Shown: one piece after another, positions 48,631 to 60,956 of the stretch
Layout of the letters: every line of letters starts with the position of its first letter
How positions within the stretch are numbered: position 1 is the first letter of the stretch
Assembly: GCA_043228905.1 (NCBI GenBank)
Contig: JBHGNT010000011.1
Coordinates: forward strand, 11,470,001-11,534,000
Origin: Azolla caroliniana
Taxonomy: Eukaryota; Plantae; Polypodiophyta
Direction of reading: 5' to 3'
DNA: 64,000 nucleotides
Made by a program: the position numbers and the translations under genes
Notes under the pieces: generated by a model
Databases searched by the model: none
The model's input: the letters and a program-made list of their open reading frames with translations, nothing else
Told to the model about the DNA's origin: nothing

Positions 48631-49587
48631 GCGTAATTTGTGAGTTGTCGGCTTGCGGAAGCCAATTCGCACATTTTCTTTCGGCACTCTTCTTCGTGGT
48701 GGCCGAGCTTTCCGCAATATCCGCAATATCCGCATTCGGTTGTGTTTTGACGGCTCGGGCCAGAGTGGAAGCTCCCCCTTCTTGCGAAGGTTCCTTGTTG
48801 ACTTTCGTTTTGCGGCCGAAATTGGGAGTTGTTGTTGTAGGTCGGACCTCGTCCACCTTGTCTTTGGCCGAATCGGCCTCTCGCTCGTCCACGTCCTCTT
48901 CCTCCATTCAAGTGCATGTACAACATGTGGCCTTCCGACTCATTGCTCCTTGTACACACATGGTTTTCTTCGACCAATAGCATTGATTGGAGTTTGAAGA
49001 AGGAGGGATATTTCTCCCGTGCTAGAACAGCGGTTCGCATCGCGCCGAACCGTGGTGCGAGGCCGCCGAGGCATATTTGCACCATCTCATCATCATCGAT
49101 ATTTATGCCTATCGAGCCGAGCAAGTCGCAAAGCTCCTTGATCTTCAAGGTGTATGTCGTGATGGACATGTCCCTTTGTTGAATGTTGTTCAACTCTTGG
49201 CGGAGTTGAAGCCTTCTTGTGGTTGTGTTCGCCGCAAAAATCTTTCGTAGATTTTCCCATGCCTCCTTCGGCGTCTTGGCTTCGCGAATGGAGCCGAGCA
49301 TGTGATCGTGAACACATGTCGCCAAGCAATACATCACGCGGCTTGCAGCTTGCTCCCATGTCACGTTGTCGTGATGTTTTCAACACATAGTGTGAAACCA
49401 CCACAAAAAAAGAATAAAGTAGTAGTTGAAATAAACTAATATTGTGAAGTCAACTTTTGTAATAAATGATGAAAAGATAAGAAGGTAGAAGCGAATTTTC
49501 AAAAGCAGAAAAAAAATAGATAAAGTAAAAAAATAATAATGATAATAATAATAATAATAACACAAAAAAAACGCAAGGCGTGGAATT

Positions 49588-52500
49588 TGTCAGGAATAGT
49601 ACTAAGCAGAGATGGAATTAGTACTAAAGAAGAGCAGTACTATTAGTACTAAGAGGACGGGACTGCGTAAGTCTCCCGAGAGAGAGAGAGAAAAAGAGAA
49701 GCAAAAAGAGAGATAGCGAGGATGAGAGAGAGAGAGAGAGATGATGATGACAGCCAATATATTATGTGAAGGATAAGTACAAAATGGCTAAAAGGCTTAA
49801 GACTGGCTTTGAACCAATTTGGTTCAAAACAATGCCTTGTGCCTCCTTTTATAGTGTTTTTAGGAATAATCCTGAAGCTTCTAGAATGTTCCAAAGAGAT
49901 TTGGAATATACATCAATTTTCTATGATAAAGCATAAATGAAAATAATATCCTACAAATTACAATTCATAGTCTAATGGTAAGAGCTCGACCCATGTAGTA
50001 TAAGGTCATGGGTTCGAGTCTTGCCATATCATGACACTATTTCCCCCTTCAAGACGACGAGTGGAACGAGTCGGCGCTGGTTGCGGACCGGGTTTGTCTG
50101 GATACTTTCAGTGGAAATCAGCAAGAAGATCCTGTGCATTGGCAACATGCTCGACGGGTTCCCAAGTACGTTCGCTTGGACTATAACCGAGCCAATCGAC
50201 CAAGTAATAAAGTTTGTTGCGAACAAGTTTGGAATCGAGGATGGCAGCAACTTCATACTCCGGGCCGGCGTCCAACTCCAGCAGGGGCGGCGGTGGTGTC
50301 ACACGATCAGGAATGGTGTTTGCTTTATAAGGTTCAAGAAGAGAACAATGGAAAACCGGATGTATCTGAAGCTGCGGAGGGAGATCAAGGCGGAATGTGA
50401 CATCATTAATCTTACCCGTAATACGGAAGGAACCGAGTCGTCGATAATCCAACTTGTCGCACGGTCGAGTAGTCTTGATGTGAAGACGTAAGAGCCATAC
50501 TCGATCTCCGATGGCAAAAGAGGAGGGAATCCGATGACGATCCACATAAGTCTTCTGTGTGTGTTGAGCATGACAAAGGTGAGTAGAGAGATCCATCTGG
50601 ATCTTGTGTAGCCTCTCCAAATGATCCTCGGCACGAGGGTTGGTAGGTAGCTCCAGGGTGTCGATCACCGACCAGCGAGGATGGAAACTGGTATATAAGC
50701 GAAAAATGGGGAGACCCGAGTCGAGGAGTGAATAGCATTATTATACGCAAACTCCGCAAAGTGGAGAATCTCGGCCCAATCGTCCTGTTGATAACTCAGG
50801 AAACACCGAAGATATTGCTCCAGCGTTTGGTTTGTTCGTTCCGCCTGCCCGTCGGTCTGAGGATGGTAGCCGGAGGAGAGGTTGCAAGAGACCTTGAGCA
50901 TCTTCAAGAGATGCTGCCAAAATTTGGAGACAAATTGCGGTCCTCGGTCACTGATGATATTATCTGGGAGGCCATGATGCCGAAATACCTCACGCATAAC
51001 AAGGGCGGCGGTTTCCTCGCTAGTGATGGCTTTAGTACACGGCACAAAATGTGCCATCTTCGTATATCGATCGACGACGGTTAGGATAGCATCGAACCCC
51101 TTCGAGACCGGCAGATCTGTGATAAAATCAAGACAAATAGACTGCCACAGCTTACTTGGAATCGGTAAGGGTTCCAACAAGCCATATGGATGGTGTCGTG
51201 GCATCTTTGCTCTTCAGCAAGCATCATAGGTCTGAACGTAGTCGTCGACAAAACGGCGGATGTGGGGCCACCAAAAAGATCGTTGCACTATCTCCAACGT
51301 CTTAGTACTACCGAAATGTCCCGCCGTATGGGTGTCGTGACAATGCTGGACGATTTGAAGGCGACAGGAGCCATCGGGGACATATACGCGCTTTTTAAAG
51401 AATAACAAACCCTCATGATATTCGAATTGTCGGTAGTCAATACCTGGTTGTTGACACTGAGAACAGGATGCCCGAGAAGTATCAATGTGCGCCAGGATGT
51501 CTTGAGCAAAACTATCCGTCTTCAAGGTTGCACGTATGTCATCGGTAATCCGAGAATCCATCGAGGTGTGAAAATCCGCGTCGTGTGCAATCGTGTTGGT
51601 CCCAAGATTACTTGCTTTTGATTATCAAATGTTGCATCACCAGGACGAGGTGCAAGATATGAACGTCGTGATAGTGCATCTGCTTTTCCTTGCTGCTTCC
51701 CCGGTCAATATGTGATTTTGAAGTCGAAACGCGTGAGGAATTGAGCCCACCGAGCTTGCCGTCGATTTAGTACGCGAGCGTTCTGAAAATAAGCAAGATT
51801 TTTATGATCGCCAAAGACAATGACCTGATGTGGAGAGCCCTCTAAGAAATGCCGCCATTGCACAAATGAATCCACGATGGCTAATAACTCCTTGTCATGT
51901 ATTTCGTAGTTGATTTCTGCGACATCAAATTTGCGCGAATGGAAAACCACCGGATGCAACTCTTCTTTATCTCCTTGTTGAGAAAGGATGCTACCGAGGG
52001 CGAAATCTGATGCGTCGGCCTCCATCATGAATGGTTTGCTTGTATCCACATGAGCTAGAATCGGTGCTGATGTAAAGGCTTTCTTAAGATGCTGAAAAGC
52101 CATATCTGCTTCGATGGACCAAAGAAATGCTTGGCCCTTCTTCGTAATTTGTGTGAGAGGTAAAATAATCTTCGAGTAATCCTGTATAAACTTACGGTAG
52201 AAGTTAGCAAAACCTAGAAAACATTGTACATCTCGTACCGACCGTGGAATTTGCCACTCTAGTACAGTTTGGATTTTAGTTGGATCCATGGCGATGCCTT
52301 TTGAGGAGATGACGTAGCCTAGAAATTCCACTTGTTTGCAATCAAAGCTACATTTTTCTAGCTTGGCATAAAGACCATTCTCGCGGAGTCACTTTAGTAC
52401 TAAGAGTACATGAGAATCGTGCTCTTCCTGGGTCTTCGAATAAATCAATAGATCATCCAGATAGATGATCAAACAAATATCCAAGAGGTCTCTGAATATA

Positions 52501-55500
52501 TCATTTGCCATGTGTTGGAAGACTGCGGGTGCATTGGTTAGGCCGAACGGCATAACAGTATACTCGAAATGCCCATACCGCGTGCGAAAGGCGGTCTTCC
52601 ATTCATCTCCTGGTCGGATCCGCACAAGGTTATACGCTCCTCGTAGGTCGATTTTAGTAAAAAACTTGGCACCATTAACTCGCTCTAAAAGACTTGATAT
52701 AAGAGGAAGTGCATACCTATTCCGGATGGTGACTTTATTCAATCCACGGTAATCAACGACGAGACGAAGTGAGCCATCTTTCTTCTTGACAAAGAAGATG
52801 GGTGCACCGGCCGGAGATTTCGAATGACGGATGAACCCGCTTGCCAAGTTCTCCTCTATGTAGGCTTGAAGGACTTCTAACTCGGTGGGTGACAAGTTGT
52901 AAATTGGTCCCCATGGTGGCTCGGTTCCTGGTTGTAAATCGATGGGACAGTCATAGGGACGGTGATGAGGAAGGGTACCGGCTTTTACCTTGTCAAATAC
53001 ATCGGCATAAGGATGATATTTTGCCGGAAGTTGTACTGAGGAGTCCTTCTTAATAGTGCTGGAAGGATGTACTGATATGGCAAATAGGAACATTGCCTCC
53101 TTGGGTCCTTCGCGTAGTTGATGGAGTGAAATGGTCGAAACTCGGTGAGTTGATTCTTGGGGTGGTCGATATCGGACTTCTCTTGTTCTCCAATCTATGG
53201 CTGGATTATGTAATTCAAACCAAGGTAATCCTAGGACAATGGGATGCTCTAGACTACTAATTATATTAAATGATATTATACACACAAAACTACCTAGGAC
53301 AACTTGAATGGGTTCTGATTCTTCTACAATATTCCCGGAAGCAATGGGACGACCATCAATGACTACTACAGATGCGGGACAAGGAAGTTTTCTTAAGGAT
53401 ATCTGAGAAGCTTGGGCAAAATTTCGATCCATGAAACAGGAATTAGCTCTGGAATCTAAAAGTGTTAGGACGGGTACTGGGGGAGTACTTTTAGTACTAA
53501 CAATGACTTGGTCTAGGAACACATTGCTAACTTGCTTGGAAGGAATGGAACCACTAATGGGCTGTACAGATCTAGGCCTGCTGTCCAACCAAACGGCGCC
53601 TATTTTGGCTGGACTCAATCGTTTAACTCTTCATCTAATTGACTAAGGATTTCAAATTTATTTGAGATACTTGGGCTATTAGTACTATGAATACTATCTG
53701 ACACTCTATTAGTACTATTAATACTATCAGACACTCCGAAGGGAAGAATTGACTCGGGTTTAGTACAGGCGACTATTTGATTTACCTATCTTCTTGGCCT
53801 ATGGGGACAATTGATGGCGATATGCCTTGGTCCACCGCAATAAAGACATAATCGATTGGCACTTCATCGTTGCTTTTCTTCTTCCGATAACGGGCCGCAT
53901 CGACGCATGATATCGATCTGCATCGGTGTCGAAGTATTTGCTTGAGGTATGTCTCGTGCAAACGGTTTAGCCGCGACTGCGACGTAAGTGGGCTCCGGCC
54001 TAGAGCATGGTATCTGTAATTAACGTTCTGAACGTCGTTCGAAAAGGCGGTTGTCACATCGGACCGCTCGACTAATTGCCTCCGTAAGAGACTTTGGTTC
54101 TTCGGGGAAAGTTAGAAGTAGATCTTCGACATCGTTTCGCAAGCCATAGCGAAACTGCTCCATTAGTGCTTGATCATCCCAGGGTATATCTGAAGCAAGT
54201 AGGCGGAAATCCGCCGCGTAGGCAGAGGCTCAACGATCGCCTTGACGCAATCGCCGGATCTTGTTGATCGCCGTCCTGATGCTGTCTGTTACCCGGACCC
54301 GGACAGTCAGTTTTACCGAACAAGTGGGAAAGCGTCGAAAACGGAGTCGGTTCGGATCGACTGTTCGGATCAATGACTCAGCAGTAAACGAAGAGAACTA
54401 AGTTAGTTAGATAATTTTGTAATTCTTGATAGTAAGTAGGAATAGTTCTTGATGAGAAAAGACCTTCGGTATACCTATAAAAGGGAACCGAAGGCATTGT
54501 AAGAAAGGTCGTTTTATTTAGTAATATAAGTTTAAGTTAGGAATATCCTGTACGGATTCTGTGTTCTTTCTATTGTCTATGTTGTTAAGTGCAAGCTTCC
54601 TAATTTATAACTAAGTAACGATCACGGTATTTACCGATTAATATAGTATAATTCCGTTCGTAAAACACAATTCCTTGTTAGAACGTTGAGTAGCGATGTT
54701 CACTCTTCTGTATCGGTAGTAGTTAGTAATTAGCCGATTAACACTGTTGGTGTCTCCAAAGCAGGCTTTAAACTCACTAATAAAATCTTCAAAGTTATTA
54801 AGCAAGGGCGATTGTTTTTCTAGAAGCGGAGCGAACCATGGTAAGGCTGAGCCGCTAAGCAATGTGCCTATTAGGCAGACTCGAGATGCATCATTGGGAT
54901 AACGGGAAGGATGCATTTGGAGGACTAATCGTACCTGATTAAGGAATCCCCTGAATTGCGATTGCGTTCCATCAAATCTCATAGGAAGTCCAATCTTCAA
55001 CTCTTTATGAAATCCTTGGGGACTTGATCCTTGTTGTTGCAATGCCGCTTCGAGTTGTTGCACCCGTAACGCTAACTCCCCATGTTGTTGCTGCGTTTGT
55101 TGTTTTTCTAGAGCGATTTGTTGCAGATCCCCTATCAGTCGTTGGTTTTCTTGTTCCAAGGCAACAAATTTTTCTTTTAAGCATTGTAGCTCGGAGAAAA
55201 CGGATTGATATTCTTGGGCGCTAACAGTAGCCATAGTATAGGGAAAAGGGTAGGAGGATGAGGGAGAACGACAAGTAGGTTGGAGAAAAGAAAATTGGTT
55301 CAAATTGTCAGGAATAGTACTAAGCAGAGATGGAATTAGTACTAAAGAAGAGCAGTACTATTAGTACTAAGAGGACGGGACTGCGTAAGTCTCCCGAGAG
55401 AGAGAGAGAAAGAAAAGCAAAAAGAGAGATAGCGAGGATGAGAGAGAGAGAGAGAGATGATGATGACAGCCAATATATTATGTGAAGGATAAGTATAAAA

Positions 55501-55752
55501 TGGCTAAAAGGCTTAAGACTGGCGTTGAACCAATTTGGTTCAAAACAATGCCTTGTGCCTCCATTTATAGTGTTTTTAGGAATAATCCTGAAGCTTCTAG
55601 AATGTTCCAGAGAGATCTGGAATATACATCAATTTTCTATGATAAAGCATAAAGGAAAATAATATTCTACAAATTACAATTCATAGTCTAATGGTAAGAG
55701 CTCGACCCATGTAGCATAAGGTCATGGGTTCGAGTCTTGTCATATCATGACA
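49588..55752 (-). mobile_element. Element J: full-length degenerate Tcn1/Tf1-like chromovirus
   Basis: LTRs 49588-50036 and 55306-55752; TSD GAATT; PPT GAAGGGGGAAA; PEG10/sushi-like gag from ATG 55234 (RFDGT..FRGFLNQ, CLYCGGPRHIAINC); RT IDLRGAYNL/YLDD; RNase H EADASD; integrase; chromodomain EYEVAAILD...YLVDWLGY...TWEP. Confidence 0.95.
54287..54743 (+). repeat. Solo LTR K inserted in gag of J; distant relative of the A LTR
   Basis: TGTTA...TAACA termini; flanks CTGTC/CTGTT; ACCTATAAAAGG...CATTGTAA resembles ACCTATTTAAAGG...CATTGTAA in the A LTR. Confidence 0.85.
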
Positions 55753-57552
55753 GAATTGAGGAGCAAGATAGAGAAAAAAGCTCATAATTTCTTCATCCGG
55801 TGTCCAAATTAGACAAGAAAACATTCATAAGAAAGCTAACTCAAAGGGCTTTCCAAAAATAGATTTCATGTCTAATTTGGACTTACAAAAATAAAATAGT
55901 GATAGAAATAAAACACAACTCATATAGACAAGCTTTTTTTTAGGAGAAAAATAAAGCAAACCATAGTAAACCTATAAATAAGAACTTATTTTAAGAAGAA
56001 GATAGACGGGGATTGAATAAGAAAAGATTTATATTTCCTCTCTCATACTCTTATACCCCAAAAGGGGAGATAGGAAAAAAAAAAAATCATGTATCAAAAC
56101 AAGTCCATTATATTGATGATTTAGTAATAAAAACTTTCCATATTTCTTCTCTTATGCTCTCTTATTTTAAACATTGCTTATGTATAAATATAATTAAGTG
56201 TCATTCATACTCCCGTAATCTAAGCTTTTCTTACTTATTAGCATTATTAAGTATTATTCAATCTCACATAATCTCCTACTCGAAGATTTGCTTATGCATA
56301 AATGTAATTAACTATTATTCGATCTCTTATACTACCAATTTACTCTTATTAGAGGGAAATCACTCGTCTTTAAGCCTAAAATACATTAAGTGTTAAGCCC
56401 TAAATCCTTCCCGTCCAGAACCCCGGCGGTTCCGCCTCACGATCCGCGCTTATTGGCGGATTTTCACGACAGCGTATCCGAGAGCCGTTTCGATGGGTCG
56501 GTCTTCGTGCGCTCCTTTGATGTAGCTCCAATAGCCTTGTCCGACAAGGTATTGGTGCATCATGTACTCCCAAGATGCGAAGTTGTTTCGATCCAACTTC
56601 TCGGTTGAGAGAGCGCTCCCCATTTGAGTATTCATTATGTCGATTCTTCTTCTTCTTCTTCTTCTCTCTTCGAATACGAGCTATGTAGTCGCACTACGAT
56701 AGCGATGAGCCGGTTCTTCTTGAACGTCGGCGTAGAGCTCAACACATGATCACGATGAGGCGAGTGGGCTAGATCGAGCTACCAAATCGCTCTGATACCA
56801 TGTAAAGAATCGGGTATCATTCTTGTGTAGCGGAATAGGTGAGAGATGTCCGTTATGTGAGTGAGAGAGAGAGAGACTGAGAGAGAGACAAGGAGTAAGA
56901 CACAGAGAATGCGCAAGGTTAAGTATATTAACAAAGGAGAAAGACTCAACATTATACAAGGTGGGAGGAGGGTGCTTTATATAGTCACCCTCTCTCTTCA
57001 TTAACTACAAGGCTCATGGAGGATGGGGAATGTGGAAGCTCATAAGTTATGTGTCATAGAATATGATTCTATGACTCATACTAAATGCTAGAATACAAAG
57101 TGGTGACATAATGGTGACTCTTGACCGTTGGATTGTCTATTCACTCTCAAGGTGAGTTCACACACTAGACCAAGTTGAGCTTGATTCTCAATAGGAATAT
57201 GCTGAAATACACAACTCTAAAGCACAAAAAATAGTGTACACAAATTTAACGTGGAAACCCTAAAGCATGAGAAAACCACGAAGAACGGAGCTTCACTATA
57301 TAGTGGATATACAACAACGAGATCAGAGTACAACATTGTGTAAATAGCCTCTCAGGGCTCTTGGCATATGCTATTACAAAACACAATTATGGCATCGCTC
57401 ACTCTCTCACGCTCTCATACACACACTCTTCTCTATCGCACTACACCACAAAGGCTCACACATCTATCTCTCTACGTGTTCTGTTTGCCCTAGGTGTATT
57501 TATACTAATACACAGAATGGGCTATTTACAATCATGGCCATTATTATTATCC

Positions 57553-57582
<30 letters not shown>
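57553..57582 (+). repeat. (AAT)10 microsatellite inside solo LTR O
   Basis: Direct reading. Confidence 0.9.
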
Positions 57583-57583
<1 letters not shown>

Positions 57584-60500
57584 GTCTTACTAATCAGTCG
57601 ACTCATTCGTCGACTATCGGGTCGGTCCGACTAGTCGGCCTGATCATCGACCATCCGGACGGCCCGACTAGTCGGTCGTGTCTTCAACGTCGATCAACTC
57701 TCTCTAAGTCGACTCCTCAACTATCGGTTCTCATCCGATTAGTCGGTTGCTCCCTATCTTCGACTATCGGCTCTCTCCAAGCAGTCGGCTCTTCCCACTG
57801 GAGGGACATATTCCTAACAGATATTGGGACTCTTGAGGAGTGTTTGATTTCATTTCGGCTAAGTGGGCCAAATGAGGGACTGAGTTGAAATGACCACTTG
57901 GATGAGGAGCCAACGAGTGATGGAGACTCGGACGTGCAATCCCCACAGGTGAAACCGAGGAAACAACCTACTCGCAAGGAGAAAGTGAAGAAGAAGATAT
58001 TGGGATACGGCACAAATACGGGCACATCATATTGAAGTGAATCCGATGGAGCCATGAGCAAAGATGGACCTTTGAAGTTGAGGTCGGAATCGGCTAGAAG
58101 GGCCTTAAACTCGGCCAATGAAAGGTTGCACCGTTTGACTCGCCACAAGAACCCAATGATCTGATACGGATACAATGAGTACATGATGCATCATTATGCA
58201 TACATGACGAAAGTGGTAGAGATACGCGGGCCGGAGAGCTATGTGGAGGTGGCACAAGATGCATGCATTGGCCGAAAATGAGACTTGGGACCTAGTTGAT
58301 GCTCCCAAAGGAGTAAAGCCGATCAAATGCATGTGGGGTGTATAAGGTAAAATACAATGCCGATGACTCGATCAACAGGTACAAGGCCCGACTAGTGGCC
58401 AAGGGCTACACACAAACACACATCATCAACTACGATGACACATTCGCATCGATAACAAAGATGACGATCGTCCATGTGTTGCTAGTTATGGTAGCAGCAA
58501 AGGGGTGGCATCTACATCAGATGGATGTAAAGAACGTGTTCCTGCAAGATGAGCTTGAGGAACAGGTGTACATGGTACAACCCCCTAAATTTCTATCCAA
58601 ATTGAACACATCGGCAATTTGCCGACTGAAGAAGTCCCTCTACGGATTGAAACAAGCCCCCTGAGCCTAGAATACAAAGATCACGCAAAGATTGCGTCAA
58701 ATGGAGTTTCAACCATCGAAATCATACTCTTCCTTGTTCATTCGACAAAGTGGAACCGAACCGGTTAGCATACTGTTATATGGTGATGATTTAGTCATTG
58801 CCGGTGCCGACCTGGAGGAGATCGGCCGAGTCAAGTCTCAACTAACGGCACCGTTCGAGATGAAGGATCTAGGAGACCTTCATTACTTCCTCGGGATCGA
58901 AGTGATTTGCACCCTAGAAAGCATATTGATCAGCCAAAGGCATTATATGTTGAGTATGCTCTTCAAGTTCGGAATGACAGATTGTAAATTTGTCTCAACT
59001 CCACTAGACAAAAACATTAACCTTCGTCAAGGGTCTGAAGCAGTGTGTGACGCGACACAGTTCCGACAAATTGTCAAAAGCCCCATCTACTTGACCATCA
59101 CCCGGCCGAACCTGAGTTATCCGGTAGGTCTGATCAGTCATTTTATGTCGTAGACAATGTCTGACCACCTTTAGTGCGCACATTGAATCTTGTAATATGA
59201 GAGCAACACGAAGGATAAAGGGTTGTTATATCAGGCAAGTGTAGTCGAACAGCTAGTTGGCTACACAAATGTTGATTGGGCTGAAAGTGCAAGTGATCGT
59301 CGATCAACAACAGGATATGCATTCTCCTTAGGGACTGCGGCGATCACCTAGTGCAGCAAGAAGCAGCTAACAGTGGCACTATCAAGCACTGAGGCATGAT
59401 TGTCACTACATGCGAAGCCATTTGGCTGAAGCGACTATTGAAAGATTTGTAGGTAGAGGTGTCTGATCCAACGGTAATCTACTGTGACAACCTCAACAGT
59501 ATCCAGTTAGCCAAGAACCTCGTCTTCCATGCTCAGACAAACAACATAGAAGTGCACTACCACTTTGTGTGTGAGCATGTCCTCTCGTGTGAAGTGGAAC
59601 TACAATATGTTCTGACTGATTGGCAGGTGGTCGACATCTTCACCAAACCTCTCGAACTCGACAAATTACGACAATTCTCAACCATGCTTGGTCTACAACA
59701 CGTCGATATGCCGAACTTGAGGGGGAGAGTAAATTCGGCTGAGGAAACCAAAATTCGACGTGAGAATGATTGGAAGAAAATCGGCTAAGGAAAGAACAGC
59801 CAACTGTAGTGGAAGCAGAATGAGAGAGTCGGAGCCAAAGCCAACCGAACAAGGGGGAGGCAAAACCGAGAGAGGCGAGAGAGGTGGAAAAGCCAAGAAG
59901 GGCAGAGCCAACCTAAAGATGAAGGCTAGGTCCATGACATGGTCGGATGTGGTGAAGGGCTTGAAGGAGGATGAATCGGAGACAACTGATTCAAACGAGA
60001 GGAGTGGCTCGGACGAACCGAATCATGTAAAGGCCAAGCGAACGAGAAGGCAGCTAAAGATAATGCCAAGGCAAGAGAGCCGACGAATCGAGGAGCGCCG
60101 AAGTTGCAGAGGCAAGAAGAAAGCAAATGAGTGCCTTAGGAGCAGACAAGCTGACCAAGTACATCGAGGAGCGCGGGACCAGATGGGTCGTAGAGCGTAG
60201 GCAAGAAGGCAAGCAGTCGGGAGATGCTGGGGCTGACGAAGATCCCCAAGTTGAGCTTGAGGGGGAAAGTTGAGAGACAAGCTCAACATGAGTCGAATGA
60301 CTAAAGGACGATAGGGAAATCAGCTGAAGAAGCTGACAATCGAGTCGACTAAGGAGAGTCGGCTGAATAAGCCAACAACTGGGTCGGCCAAGAAACAGGT
60401 CGTTAGGGCCTATGCTCCTATTTATAGTAATAGAAATATCTTTAGGAGTTTGTGTCAGATGCTCTTTATGAGCATTCAAGCACTGATAGTACTTGTGTTA

Positions 60501-60956
60501 GCCCACAGTCAGGGCTTGTATAAAGAGTGCTCAATGAGCACGTTTTGATGTACAGAGTGTTGTATTGAATTAAGTTTTTGTGTTTGCTATCTCTTTGTCT
60601 CTCTCACACACACATTGTGTATTCTACATTCTTTGTGTTTACCTAATTGATTGTCATTGTTCAGCTCAATCAATTGTGTTTGTGTACAAGCTTCCGCGTC
60701 TTATTTTCTACAATTTCCCTTGCTCAAGTACCATTACTAAATATGTCAAGGAGGGTGTGAAGTCCTCAATGTTATTTTTTGTGTTTTAGCAAGTTGAGAG
60801 GGAGTGTTTTTTACATGAGTATTCATGGAGAAACATGTGAACTAAACTTAAATTAGCACTAAGTAAAAAAATATCCTACCATTGAAAAACATTAACTCCT
60901 TAATTTGTAGTTCACACTTGTTTCCATTGGTATGAACTCGAAAGTCTTGGTCCCGT

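Larger units (their letters stand above)
49367..56471. repeat. Solo LTR I (~0.94 kb; 49367-49587 plus 55753-56471), split by element J
   Basis: Perfect 8-bp terminal inverted repeat TGTCGTGA...TCACGACA; flanks ACGT/GCGT; gag of G is continuous across it. Confidence 0.82.
38046..57193 (-). mobile_element. Element G: D-family copia; pieces 38046-41607, 48631-49366, 56472-57193
   Basis: LTRs 38046-38446 and 56801-57193; TSD GGAAT on both sides; Met PBS 56789-56800; PPT at 38447; gag ATG 56635; most of RNase H deleted near 38848. Confidence 0.95.
38008..57819 (-). repeat. Solo LTR O (38008-38045 plus 57199-57819), related to the F LTR, split by element G
   Basis: TGTT...AACA ends; flanks AATAT/GATAT; shares GTGGAAA(A)CCCT, AAAACCACG, CTGTTTGCCCTAGGT and the CCTAAYA end with the F LTR. 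Confidence 0.78.
33738..60712 (+). mobile_element. Element L/N: old degenerate Ty1/copia (Ale-like) hosting the nest; pieces 33738-34118, 37861-38007, 57820-60712; 3' LTR ~60268-60712
   Basis: Integrase fragment (CILVGYS...GYKCYKP|...SRDVIFDE) is continuous across M. The IN-RT linker is continuous across O (EENI|GTLEE...RLSGP), followed by RT, RNase H, PPT and an LTR ending CTACA. Confidence 0.82.

Noticed and set aside
49961-50032. Functional tRNA gene
   Set aside because: No acceptor stem, weak T stem and no clear anticodon arm; kept only as a tRNA-like promoter finding.
56013-56396. Possible host ORFs here and at 57361-57888
   Set aside because: AT-rich or microsatellite translations inside solo LTRs I and O.
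60713-60956. Possible copia RNase H end, PPT (TTGAGAGGGAG) and LTR start
   Set aside because: Too short and degenerate to delimit confidently.
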